This document shows positions 11,949 through 24,490 of a stretch of 64,000 bases of DNA, piece by piece. The number at the start of each line of letters is the position of its first letter. Position 1 is the first letter of the stretch. A program made the position numbers and the translations under genes. Source of the stretch: Octopus vulgaris (taxonomy: Eukaryota); NCBI GenBank assembly GCA_951406725.2, contig OX597817.1, positions 38,068,001 through 38,132,000 of the forward strand, in the 5' to 3' direction. The notes under the pieces were generated by a model, which worked only from the letters and a program-made list of their open reading frames with translations, had not been told where the DNA came from and did not search any database.

Positions 11949-12120
11949 CATATATACGACGGGCTTCTTTCAGTTTCCGCCTACTAAATCCACTCACAAG
12001 GCTTTGGTCGGCCCGAGGCTATAGTAGAAGACACTTGCCCAAGGTGCCACGCAGTGGGACTGAACCCGGAACCATGTGGCTGGTAAATAAGCTACTTACC
12101 ACACAACCACTCCTGCGCCT
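11695..12120 (-). mobile_element. SINE family B, full-length
   Basis: Head aggcgcaggagtggttgtgtggtaagtagc on the minus strand; (GAGTAAA)n tail. Confidence 0.93.
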
Positions 12121-12499
12121 TGATTTTTTTAAAACCTATCTTCGAAACATGAAACTAACTCGTCAAGAAGCCCTTCAGTACTGGTGAGATCAATGAGTTA
12201 CACATCAGTTTGCACATCTGTAGGTTGATTTTCTACAAGGAAATGGAGCTCCACATTGTCGATCTTCTGAGGAAGAAAGTATATGTCTGTCTGTCTGTCT
12301 GTCTTTTAGCTACTCACATTGACGTTGGGTTAACAACACTAATAGAAGTGTTGCCAGTGGAAGACTTAACTCTAGACTCTGGTTAGGTTATGGGAACCAC
12401 TTTAGCACAAAGATCGGTTTATATCAGACAACTGTCCTAACTACGTTTTGAAATAGTAGTGAAATATGGGCATCCTAACACGAAAAGAAAGCAAAATTA

Positions 12500-12760
12500 A
12501 ACCAGACCAATTCCACTTAAGACGCAATCAGAACAAGTTGCAGTGAAAATGAGACTGTACTTTAACATTACAGAATGAAAGGAATCGAAGCTCTCTTCAT
12601 CAAAGGCTAGCGATGGTGGTCAAGAAGCATTGATTTAATGGAGTCAAATATAAAAACGCTTTTACGGGGAACTAACCATCGGCCGGCATTTACAAGAAGC
12701 ATTATGGTGTCTTGAAATCTAATCTCAAAACATGAGTTTCCACTGACGACTGTGAGAGGT
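12500..12760 (+). pseudogene. decayed RTE LINE ORF C-terminal fragment
   Basis: MKGIEALFIK..RWWS..FYGEL-like remnants paralleling the copy at 39764-40213. Confidence 0.55.
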
Positions 12761-13320
12761 CAGTAGTTAGTTAGGCGGTCAGCGTGGCGATGAGCTATAC
12801 GGGAATAAGCAACTTAACTAAAAAGACAAAGATCTATAAGATAGCTAAGCCCTTCGTTTTGACATGAGTATTTACCTTAGGTACACTATTTGAAGACAAA
12901 CCTGTAACCAGATACGTTAAATGTTTTTACTCTTATGTGTCATAGAAACCCTATTAGGGTGTCATTTTTTCCTATTTCTTTGAATTCCTATTTTTCATCC
13001 ACAATTCAAACAAATCAGTCAATGTATTGACAGGCTAGGCTAATGGAACATCGGGAAGATGTGAACAATGTGGGAAAATATATTGGTTTTAGATTTTGGC
13101 ACAAGACCAGCAATTTCGGAGGAGGGATAAGTCGATTACATCGACTCAAGTGTTCAACTGGTACTTATTTTATCAACCCCGAAAGGATGAAAGGCAAAGT
13201 CGACCACCGCTGAGTGCGCAGACGGACGAAACGTCGCTAGGCATTTTGCCCGGTGTGCTAACGATTCTGCCAGATCACCACCTTAATGAAGGAAAATACA
13301 TTACAGACTAATTTATTATA

Positions 13321-13783
13321 GCATTAATAAATCTCTGAACGAGATATAAACAGTAACCGCTCGACAACGTAAAGTGTATTAGCCATCTGAATGTGGCTAG
13401 CCACTGGGGGTGAGGTGTTACTGATGCTTTTAGCCCCAGGAGATCAACGTCACCAGCTGGCCTTAGACACAAAATTTCAGTGCCCTTGTGTTATTTGCAA
13501 AGGGAGGTCATCCTCCCTCGAAAACCTAAGTGATACATACGGACTATAGTTTCAAGGTAATTGCCTCTCGTCAACGCATGGTAAACACCGGTTTTCGATG
13601 AAGGAGACCCTCTGCAAATAATAATATTTAACGTTTTTCACAGCTCCCTCTGCAAATAACACAAGAGCACTGAAATTTTGTGTCTAAGGCCAGCTGGTGA
13701 CGTTGATCTCCTGGGGCTAAAAGCATCAGTAACACCCCACCCCCAGTGGCTAGCCACATTCAGATGGCTAGTACACTTTACGT
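13321..13783 (-). mobile_element. non-autonomous Penelope-like fold-back element with 12-bp TSD
   Basis: Inverted arms of about 140 bp (13366-13506 / about 13643-13784), 45-nt one-sided tail 13321-13365, direct repeat TAATTTATTATA at 13309-13320 and 13784-13795, hammerhead in the spacer. Confidence 0.85.
13536..13580 (-). ncRNA. minimal type I hammerhead ribozyme with two C>T substitutions
   Basis: catgcg-TTGACGA-gagg-caatta-cctt-GAAA-ctatag-TC-cgtatg; 6-bp stem I, palindromic stem III, GUC site. Confidence 0.8.
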
Positions 13784-15450
13784 TAATTTATTATAATGGT
13801 TGATAAAAAAAATAACGATTAAAATAAATGAAAAAAGAAAAACGAATGAATTTATCTGACAACCCAATACATTCCATGAAAACGAAGACTCCAGTGGAAT
13901 CCATGAGACTCAGTGAATTACAATAGAAATACTCGACAATATTGACGGTCTGTTCCTCACCCACCCCATATACCTCAAAGAAAGAATGGAGCTTTATTAT
14001 GAATTAAACAACCCCTAAACACTTTGCTTCATCCCAAACCCCATCTTATCACCATGACCATCATTAATTTCCCTCCCTTTATTTTCTAATCTATCCCCAC
14101 CCCACCTTTTTTTTTACCTTTTCCCCTCTAATCTATGACATCTTGAATGTTCAATTCGTAAAATAATTACTTCCCTTTTATAACTTAAATATTGCCAATG
14201 TCATCCTTACAGCTTTTCCTACCTTCTTTCTTTCCTTCTACCTTTATATTTTCTTTGTTTGTTTCTTTTTCTTTTTTTCATTCTTATTTAATTTCCTTCT
14301 TTCTGTTTTCCGTTTTTCTTCCTTCTTTCATTTCTTCGTTTCTTTTTTTTTTTTCTTTTCCTTTCTTCATTGAACCGTTCTCTCCCGTTCGTTCGTTCTT
14401 TCTTCCCTTCTCTTCCTTCTATTTTTCTTTTCATTTACTTTGACAATGGCCTATTCTCTGTTAAATCGTTTCTTTGTAACCACCAGAAGACGTCCACCGT
14501 CATTAGTAAGCTCTTTTTATGGCTTTTTTTTTTCCTTCGACTAAAATGTCTTGACTGTTTTCTTCCAATCATTCATTCATTCATTCATTCATTCACTCAT
14601 TCATTCACTCATTCTTACCTTCTTTCCCTTTGTCTTTCTTTTTTCCTTTCTTTCCATCATCCAGTCTGGCAACCTACCAGGTTATTTTAAAAAGCCATTA
14701 AAAAAAAAAGAAAGAAAAACGGGAGAAGAAAGAAAAAAGAATAAAAGAAAAATGCTTAGTTTACAATTGCAATCTTTCGTAATAACTGGGTCACGTGACC
14801 CCAGTTTGGACCTTGCTTGTTATTATTATTTCATTATTTGTGTTATTTTTTCGTGCATTATATTGACTTTTTATTTCTTTCGTTGTTCACATTTGCTTTT
14901 TCCTCTTTCTTTTCTGATACATGCATACAAACACATATGCATATATGGACATACATATGTATGTCCATATGTATATATGCATGTATGTATGTATGTATGT
15001 ATGTATGTATGTATGTATGTATCTATGTACGTGAGTATGAACACGCACACACACGTACACACACACACATCAGACTCTTTTTCTAGTTCAGCCAGATAAG
15101 CTGGAATGCGGTTGTCTATTCGTATTTGATTTTTTATTAGGTACAAGTCAAAATGGCTTTAGAAAAGGGCCCGATTTTTATTTCATGTGGGAAATTACAC
15201 GCCAGAAGTATGATAACCTTATTTTCTGTTTCTATCATTTTGGTTTGGTTTAGCAAAGAAAAAATTAATAAAAGGAAAGAGACAAAAATTCGGTGCCAAA
15301 TTGTTAAAACGTCACAATTTTGACTTGTTAATTTTATCGTTTGGTCATCTTTAAATGGTTGATGTTTAGAGGAACTGAGAAACAATTTGCCTTTCAAAAC
15401 AGGGATGAAATAACATCACTTCCTAGTTGATATCCTAATATTTATGCATT

Positions 15451-15491
<41 letters not shown>

Positions 15492-16079
15492 ATGTCAACG
15501 CACATACACACATATTTACGCACACAAACACGCACACACACACACATTCGTGAAGGTAAGCACGCATATGCATACTTATTCACAATTATACATACACTGC
15601 TTTGTCATTAGAAAATTTCCACAATCGAGGCACATGATTATAATCAATTCAATGAGTGGTAATTTTTCAGTTCTGTGGTTGAGTTCAAATCCCACCAAAG
15701 CCACCTTTGTATTCCATCCCTCTGGAGTCAATAAAATAAAGTACCAGTCAAGTATTAGAATCGATTTGATCGATTGTTCTCTCCCCCAAATTTTTAATTT
15801 GTGCCAAGGTAACAAATTATAAATTTAGCCCAAATCGTCTGTTTTCACGTCGAGTTTAAATTCCGCCGAGGTCGACTTTACCTTTCATCCTTTCGGGGTC
15901 GATAAATTAAGAACTAGTTGCGTACTGGGGTCCATCTAATGGACTGGCCCCCTCTCCAAATATTTCGGGCCTTGTACCTAGAGTAGAAAAGAACAGAAAG
16001 TACCAGTCCAGGTTGTAGACAAGCGGAACAGTAAGGGTGCTAGACTGGGTGTTTTGCATTAGTTCCGCATTTCTTGTCC

Positions 16080-17681
16080 TATATTTTCAGTATTTCTTCT
16101 GGTTCTTAATGCCTTGAATTCAAATTTTCTCGTGACCTACTTGAGCGACATCTCGGATACAAGCATTCGGGTTAAGTTTCTGATTTGAGCATAACTTCCG
16201 CTTTCCCTCCCACCCGTTTCAAATATCCTCTGAAAGATTTATGAACATTTAGAAACGGAGGACGTTGTTTTAATTCCTCTATATATGGGAATGAGGATGT
16301 CAAAGATACGTATACCAAGAGTCCCACCTCAAGTCGACCCTATGTGGTTGATGGCGGCAGTCCTGGCAAAGAAGGAAGATTAATATAACACTCCTTCAGG
16401 CTACCGTCAGAGAAAAGTCTTATTGGACTGATTAAATGGTTCACTTCCTAATACAAGCAGAACAGTCAATTTTAGAACAGCTACCGGAGTAAATAGAAAT
16501 TGGGGAGGAATTCCTTAACGTATTCGTCGAGGGACGTAAGCCCCGATGTTTCCAGCGTGGCCAGCTGGGCCATATACTGTAGAGACGACGAGCAAGAATC
16601 CGATGGTGAGGAGGAGGAGGAGGAGGAGGAGTGAGAGAGAGAGAGAGAAACAGAAAAAAAGAAAGCAACTTACAAGAGAAAAATGGAATGTTCAAATCAA
16701 CAAAAACAGATGGAACTAAAACCAAGAAAGAAAATTCCAAAAAAAGACAAACCAAAAATAGTAAGAAAGGAAGCAGAAGACCGGGGGATAGTCGCGTTAC
16801 ACAACAACTCGACACCTGGAGAGGCAAGTCGATGCCTCCTGACAGCGTCGTGGGACGTTGGATGGAGGGTCCGATTAAGTTGCTAGGCTTCTGGTTTGGA
16901 CCAGACCTCCAAATAGAGAAGAACTGGGCCGAGGTAGAGAGCAGGGTGGCCCACATAGCCAAGACCTGGTCTTGGCGGTGGTTATCCCTGAAAGGGAGGG
17001 CGGAGGTAGCCAATGTGTTCATCGCATCGGTCATCACCTACCACCTAACTGTCGTTCCCTGCTCTGATTCGTGGTTGAGCAAGCTGGAAAGACAGCTCTT
17101 CCGCTTTTTGTGGAAGGGTTCGAATCCACTTGTGAGACGCTCTATTTGCTGCCAACAACCATTAAAGTGTGGGCTAAGGATGCCTTAGCTGATGATGTGC
17201 AGGCACACGCTGAGGTTGAGGTATCTGTAGCTCCATCTGGATGGCAATTGCGAGAAAGGTGATTTGGAAGACGCGAGTTAAAGGGTTAATAACAGGCATT
17301 TTTATCTCTGGCCCTGGCTTGGTGAATTTCTTCATCTGCCACCTAAGGAGGAAAATAGGGTTAGAGAAAAAATGCCTGTCCGCGAAAATATTCCAAGATT
17401 GGTGGAAGAATGTCGCACGAATGCTGCGTATGGATGGAACCGCATGAATACAACGCAGGAAGAACCCAAAGCATCAGTGGTGAGACGGGGCTCGTGGGGT
17501 CCGAGCATATCCCGCCGCCCCACTCCATTCTGTATTGTTGTCTTGTATATGTTATCATTCGAACTATTCATATTTATGTAAAATTTTAAAATTCATCTTT
17601 TTGTTAACTCATACGTGAAATCTGACCCCACATCAGATTGTAATGCTCCCTCTTTGTTGTCCTCTTGTGGGAAATAAAAAA
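16080..17681 (+). mobile_element. internally deleted Tx1/L1-like LINE (ORF1 zinc-knuckle remnant + ORF2 C-terminus + poly-A end)
   Basis: GRKPRCFQRGQLGHI near 16530; IKLLGFWFG..NW..LSLKGRAEVAN..FRFLWKG..GLRMP at 16800-17188; ends in AATAAAAAA. Confidence 0.8.
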
Positions 17682-17684
17682 TTT

Positions 17685-18225
17685 ACGAAATGCTTATCGG
17701 TATTTCGTCTGCTGTTACGTTCTGAGTTCAAATTCTGCCGAGGTCGACTTTGCCTTTCATCCATTCGGGGTCGATAAACTAAGAACCAGTAACGCACTGG
17801 GGTCGATATAATCGACTTAATCCGTTTGTCTGTCTTTGTTTGTCCACTCTGTGTTTAGCCCCTTGTGGGTAGTAAAGAAATAGGTATTTCGTCTGCTGTT
17901 ATTTCTGAGTTCAAATTCCGCCGAGGTCGACTTACCTCTCATCCTTTCGGAGGTCGATAAATTAAGTACCAGTACGCACTGGAGTCGATGTAATCGACTT
18001 AATCCTTTGTCTGTCCTTGTTTGTTCCCTTTGTGTTTAGCCCCTTGTGGGTAGTAAAGAAATAGGTATTTCGTCTGCTGTTATGTTCTGAGTTCAAATTC
18101 CGCCGAGGTCGACTTTGCCTTTCATCCTCTCGGGGTCGATAAATTAAGTACCAGCTGCGTACTGGGGTCGATCTAATCGACTGGCCCCCTTTCCCAAACA
18201 TTCGGGCCTTGTGCCGAGAGTAGAA
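17685..18225 (+). mobile_element. tandem array of three headless SINE A modules (about 181-bp period)
   Basis: ggtatttcgtctgctgtta restarts at about 17699, 17883 and 18064. Confidence 0.9.
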
Positions 18226-19029
18226 AAAAAAATTAACCTCTTCTCTGCTAGGCGCTAATCCACCCCCTAGATCATTCTTCTCTACTCGATGGTGGATTAG
18301 CAGAATCGTTTACACGTTGAACAACAAACAGATGCAGGGTTAATGTGCATTCATTTACATTTTGAGTTCACATCCTAACGAGGGTCACATAGCCGTTTAT
18401 CTTTCCGGAATTGACTATATTGACTGTTCCCTCCCTCCTGAAATTCTAGGCTGCATACTAATGTTAAAAATCAGTATTATTTTATTCCACAGGGTTAATA
18501 CTAATCTGTTTTCTGAGGTGTTAGAATACGCCTGGGGACAGAAGGCCTGTCTTGATATAGGTAAACAAATCCCAACCTGCGAAATTGAGTTCAATCAATC
18601 TCTCATCACTTCCACAAGGTCCAGTCCTTGTTGCAGTGTGGTAGCCCATGTGCCTTGATGATTCTGAGAGCTATGCCAGCAAAGTGCAGGCTCTTAGTAG
18701 AGCCTCTTATTTTGGACAGGTCAAGGAACAGAGGCTACTTTAATACGGACCACCTTATCGTTTGATCGTCTTTAAATGGCTGATGTTTAGACGAACTTTA
18801 TATACGTCATGGAAACTTTATATACGTCAAGAAACAATTTGTCTTTCAAAACAGGGATGAAATAACATCACTTCCTAGTTGATATCCTAAATATTTATAC
18901 ATTAACAGCCCATACCCCCCCCCACACACACACACGAATGTCTACACACACATATTTACAGACGCAGACAATACACATACACACATTCATGCAGGTAAGC
19001 AGGCACATGGGTTTGTGTAAGGCCAACAC

Positions 19030-19320
19030 TCCTACCTAGAAAAAGCAAAGTTACAGAAACATTGATGACAATTCATAAACAACGAGGACCTGGGTGAGAA
19101 AGGCCTTCCTTTAGGAAGGCATATGATGCGATGACACGTCAGACCCTGACATGGAACCCACGTGGGAGGTGGAAAAGAGAAAGTCCTAAAAATACTGAGA
19201 CAGAGCTGAAAAAGTAGCGAACCAACTAGAGAGAAGCAGAAAATACAACCGAGAGCCAAGGGCAGTGGAAAGAAGCCGTCGATGTCCCATGTCTCATAAG
19301 GAGCGAAAGGTTTAAGTAAT
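19030..19320 (+). mobile_element. RTE LINE 3' end
   Basis: TRQTLTWNPRGRWKRESPKNT-like C-terminal motif followed by a short taagtaa tail. Confidence 0.7.
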
Positions 19321-19578
19321 CTCTAATCAGTTTTGCAGTTTTAACGTGCAGAAGTGAATTACGCTACTTCCTCATGACAATTTGGTAGTCGCGACATGCT
19401 GATTTGACCTTCAAAAAACAAGTCAAATCACCTACAAATAATACCCTATCGCTTTAAAAAAGAAAAAGTGACATTAAACAATACAGTTCAATGTATACTA
19501 TGCTTAGAGAAAAAGCTTGACTGGAATGCCGTAGGTTTGCTCAACTAAGGCCAGGTTGTAGCTAATTAATAACAATAA

Positions 19579-19900
19579 AGACTCCGCCGGTTACGACGAC
19601 GAGGGTCCCAGCTGATACGATCAACGGAACAGCTTGCTCGTGAAATTAACGTGCAAATGGCTGAGCATTCCACAGACACGTGTACCCTTAACGTAGTTCT
19701 CGGGGATAATCAGCGTGACACAGAGAGTGACAAGGCTGACCCTTTGAAATACAAGTATAACTCATTTTTGCCAGCTGAGTGGACTGGAGCAACGTGAAAT
19801 AAAGTGTCTTGCTCAAGGACACAACGCGTCGCCGGGAATCGAACTCACAACCTTACGATCATGAGCCGAATGCCCTAACCACTAAGCCACGCGCCCTCAC
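19579..19900 (-). mobile_element. tRNA-derived CORE-like SINE (family C), full-length with 12-bp TSD
   Basis: TSD TAATAACAATAA at 19567-19578 and 19901-19912; tRNA head gtgagggcgcgtggcttagtggttaggg. Confidence 0.93.
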
Positions 19901-20308
19901 TAATAACAATAACACTGTTATTGGGAATCGCATAACCATTTTACCTTTTTGGTAATTCAGTTAATGGGACCAAATAGATCCGTGCTGCCATTTCTTGGTT
20001 TGTTGACTGATTCTATCAACATGACCATATTGGATGATAGGTAGTGGTTGCTATTGTGGTGGTAGTGGTGGTGGTGGTGGTAGATATGGCTCTTGCATCC
20101 TTTCCCTAAATCGGGATGTGATTCAGCTTGAACATTTGCGGTTTGATGTTCATGTAAATATTATGGTCAGGGAGAGTCTCAGAAGATTGCAATTCTGGGG
20201 AGAACGGATTGTACAAAATAGTTAATGAAAGGTTTAGGGATGGAACACTGTAGGCAAAGCGATTGATAGACAGATACCACCCAGTTTCAGAGAAGTAAAA
20301 ATCTCAAT

Positions 20309-20345
<37 letters not shown>

Positions 20346-20679
20346 TATTGTTGTAGTAGTATAAGAGGTAAAGTAAAAAGACAACATCTGTAGCTTAGAT
20401 GTTATAGCATGTCGGTGAGCGAATCTTTGTCAATTAGCCGGATAGCCATTTTGGTGTTTGGCCAAGTTTTTTTTTCTTTTTAATATGTAGTAGTAACAGA
20501 AGTATTAGTCTAGACATGTGAGTACTGCTGTGATGAGAGTCACACAAAAACTTTATCAGAAGCTAATAATCAGAAGTATTTTTTTTTGTTTATTTATTTA
20601 TTTTAATCCAGAAGCGGTTAAGGCTTTGTGGTACAGTATTATCAATTTATCCTTATGAGAAATCATTAGTTTTATAGCC

Positions 20680-20960
20680 TATGGTTTAGAAAACTTATAG
20701 TCTGTCCAATTTTTGAGAATATCCCACCGTTGCGTTTTTAGCCTCCTTCTACATTTTTCGCATTCGTTTTGTCCTTTAACAGATTATTTTGTCCGTTTAC
20801 TTATTAAACGTTCGAAATATATCAGTCTTCTGTTTTTGATTGTGTTTAATGAAATATCTAAAATATTTCACCTTCGTTAGTCACTGGTTTTGAGCTCTGT
20901 TCATGATATTCTCATAAGTCTTTTGTATAGTTACATCTTAATGTGTTAATAGTTTTGTTA
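20680..20960 (-). pseudogene. decayed RTE-type LINE C-terminal fragment
   Basis: LNTIKNRRLIYF.. ..LKNWT remnants on the minus strand. Confidence 0.5.
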
Positions 20961-22364
20961 ATGTTTATGTTCCAGCTAAATAGAGTAGAGTAAGACTATA
21001 CACAAGCCTTAGGTAATCATGTACAGTGGAACTTGTGCCAATGTTATGAATCATTATATACACATAATCCGTACAAGAAGGCGACAAACTGGTAGAATCA
21101 TGAGCACGCCAGAGAAAATGCTAAGAGATATTTCTTCCGGCTACATTACTCTGTGTGTGTGTGCGCGTGTGTTCAATATGCACATATAGCTGTGTGCATG
21201 TGTTCAGTCTAGGAACTTTAAATGGAGAATCCCTGGAATGTTTCGCAAACTTTCATTAGACATTCTAAGTTCGATCCCCGCCGAAATCAACTTTGCCTTT
21301 CATCCCTTTGAGGTTGACAAAATAAAAACCTGTCAAGAACAAGGGCTGATGTAATCGACTTGCTCCCTCCTCTCAAAACTGTAAGCCTTGAAGCCTGCAA
21401 CGAACCAGCATCGCGTTCAGGGCGAACGTTGCGATCTCAGCCACTTTATATACGTCATAGAAACCATGTAACTAGCCTTATAAGTCAAGAAAAAAAAATT
21501 CTCAGAGACTTTAGAACGATTTAAACAAAAGTATTCTTTTATTCTTTTACTTGAATCAGTCATTTGACTGCGGCCATGCTGGGGTACCGCTTTAATGTAA
21601 AATAAAAGGTGGAGGTTTCAAATTGAGATTCTATTCTTCCCTTTTCCTTTTATAAGTGTTTATCATGTTTCAGTGTTACTTTTATAACAAACTTTAGCGG
21701 TTTTAAATTAAAATAAGCTTCATAGCGGTGAGCTAGCAGAATCGTTAGTACGCTGGGGAAAAAACTGCTTAGCTGCATTTCTCCCGGCTGAGTTCAACTT
21801 CCGCCGAGGTCGACTTTACCTTCCATTTCCGTTCGGAGTCGATATAATAAGTACCAGTTGAGCACTGAGATACATGTAGTCGACTAGATCCATTCCCCTA
21901 AAATTTTAGGCTTTGTCCCTACAGTAAAAATTAAAATTAAAATACATCTTAAAACTAAATGTCGGTCCAATTTTGGTTAAGGAACTATAATACAGAACAT
22001 GGGAGGATAAAATTTTATTCTTGTTTTCCGTTTAACGTTCGAATTTACTGAGGTAATTAAATATCTAATTTTATACTTTCTTCTACACTGTAGTACTGAA
22101 TTCCCAGTATTCTGCCGATAAAATGTTAATTTAATTGGTTTAAATGGGTGGAATATAATCTCCCGAATTCTGCCTGGTAATCCTCCAAATTAAGGAAACG
22201 TACAGAAGATTCGACCGATCAAATAGTCTGTTTAATGAGAAACAAAAAATTATTTGTATCTTAATTGGAATTTCAGTTTCTAATCATGTCCAAACCAGTT
22301 TTCTCAATATCCATGAATTACGCGCACGCATGCATGCACGCACACACGCACGCGCACACGCATG

Positions 22365-22396
<32 letters not shown>

Positions 22397-22755
22397 CACA
22401 CACACACATTGTAGTAACTGTATGGATGGATGCATGCATGCATGCATGTGTGTATGTATATATACATGTGCACAATATGTGGGTAGGCATAAATACTATT
22501 GTATGTGCGAATTTGTATGGTATGTGTGTGTATTTCTTTGGGATTAATTTAGGTTTTTCTTTGGTGGAATTCAAAACGGTCAGCAACAAAATGACAAGGA
22601 TCTTTTGTTTAAGTCAAGACAGCTGTTGGGGTTTGAGGCTATGTGAATTAATGAGTGCAAATATGTATGTTTGTGTAGATAAACTTGTCCGTATACAGTG
22701 GGTATGCTTTAGAACACAAGCATGTACGTGCTACATTACTTTGTGTGTGTGCGTG

Positions 22756-22813
<58 letters not shown>

Positions 22814-23229
22814 TGTGTTCTGTATGCACATATAGCTGCGTGCATGTGTTCAGTCTAGGAACTTTAAATGGAGAATACCTGGAATGTTTCGCAAATTTTC
22901 ATTAGACCAATTTCGAATCAGTTTTCTTTGTTCTTTCTTGGAAATTTTGAATGTTTCTAAGCTTTTATGTAAGTCTATTATACAAAACCCAGTAAGGCAG
23001 CGAGCTGGCAGAACCGTTAGCACGCTGAGAAAAATGCTTAGCGGCATTTCGTTTGTCTTTATGTTTGGAGTTCAAATTCTGCCAAGGTCGACTTTGCCTT
23101 TCATTTTTTTGGGATCGATAAAAATAGTACCAGTTAATCATTGAAATCGATATAATCGATTTGCCCCCTACTCCGAAATTGCTAGCCTTGTGCCTATTGT
23201 AGAAAGGACTATGACGAGAAAACAGTGCA

Positions 23230-24100
23230 CCTATGATAATAAGTATAAATGTAACTCTGTTATCTGGTTATAAGTAAGCTTAAGTATTTCATCAGCTCTT
23301 TATAGATGTTCTCCTTCTTTTCAATATTTGAAGAAGTAAAGAACATCATCTTATCTCTACAGCAGTGCATGACTTTTGCTTCCTATAGAACAATATCTGG
23401 TATATTGTGTTCTGCATCAAGTTGTTTTCTTTTAGTGGAATGTTCCACCAGTATTCTTTATTTTTAAAGGTGTGGAAACGTTTTGGATCTGGTGTGCTTT
23501 GGTATAACCATCAGGACAATCCTTACTGTGTTCAATATTGTTAATGGTTTTATCGACAATATCGTGTCTCATGGCAAGGTAGTATCTTGGAGATATTTTG
23601 GGACGGCTTCTGATGAAGTGGATGATGTACTCGACACTGGAGTGGCACAATCAACATTTTCATTCACATTGAAAACATTTTGAAGCATTTAAATATTTTA
23701 GTAGCAATCTTCCGTTCCTGGATAGCAAAGGTGTCACCTTCTTAATGAGAAGTGATATATCTGTTTCAGGTGCAGGAGAGGCTACCATTTTTGTCAATGT
23801 TGTTGATATTCTTTTGCTTAGAGATATGTAGCGATGCATAACTTTCTTTTAGCATGATAACTATTTCTCCAAGTCTCTATTTAACTAGGTCAGTTCTGTT
23901 ACCTTTGATCCATGAGGGACAGTTGTACTCACAGAATAGCGGCTCTGAGTGCACATTGGACCGACGTTAGACTTTGTTTAAGTGGTAGATAAACAATCGG
24001 AAGACTTAAATGTGTTTCAGAAACTCAAAAAGATAGCAACAGTGTCGGGTCGAAGAGACATTGTTACTTGACTTCACTCTTCACTTCAAATTTCTTGGAC
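23230..24100 (-). pseudogene. R4/Dong-like LINE zinc-knuckle/RLE region, decayed
   Basis: CHSSVEYIIHFIRSRPKISPRYYLAMRHDIVDKTI, homologous to the CCHC-RHD motif. Confidence 0.75.
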
Positions 24101-24184
24101 AAAGATCCGTACAGTACAGTGCTCAACATATCATTATGAAAGAATCTTATGGTACAAAGCAGCTTAGTTGGGTAAGTAATCGTT

Positions 24185-24490
24185 TCTACTGGAAGCACAA
24201 GGCCTCAAATTTTGGCGAAGGGATTAAGTCAATGACACTCCAGTGCGTAACTGGTACTTAATTCATCGACCCCGAAAGGATGAAAGGCAAAGTCAACCTC
24301 GGCGGAATTTACACGCAAAACGTAGTGGTAGACGAAATACCTATTTCTTTACTACCCATAAGGAGCTAAACATAGAGGGAACAAACAAGGACAGACAAAC
24401 AGATTAAGTCGATTATATCGACCCCAGTGCGTAACTGGTACTTATTTAATCGACCCCGAAAGGATGAAAGGCAAAGTCGACCTCGGCGAA
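24185..24490 (-). mobile_element. tandem SINE A modules
   Basis: cgaccccgaaaggatgaaaggcaaagtc.acctcggcg occurs twice, about 184 bp apart. Confidence 0.85.

Noticed and set aside
17699-18225. Regularly spaced repeats suggestive of a CRISPR-like array
   Set aside because: Whole units repeat with no unique spacers; SINE-derived, eukaryotic context, no cas genes
19830-19900. tRNA-like sequences (also at about 54800-54869, 12050-12120, 53428-53520)
   Set aside because: They are SINE heads continuous with SINE bodies, several bounded by TSDs; not standalone tRNA genes
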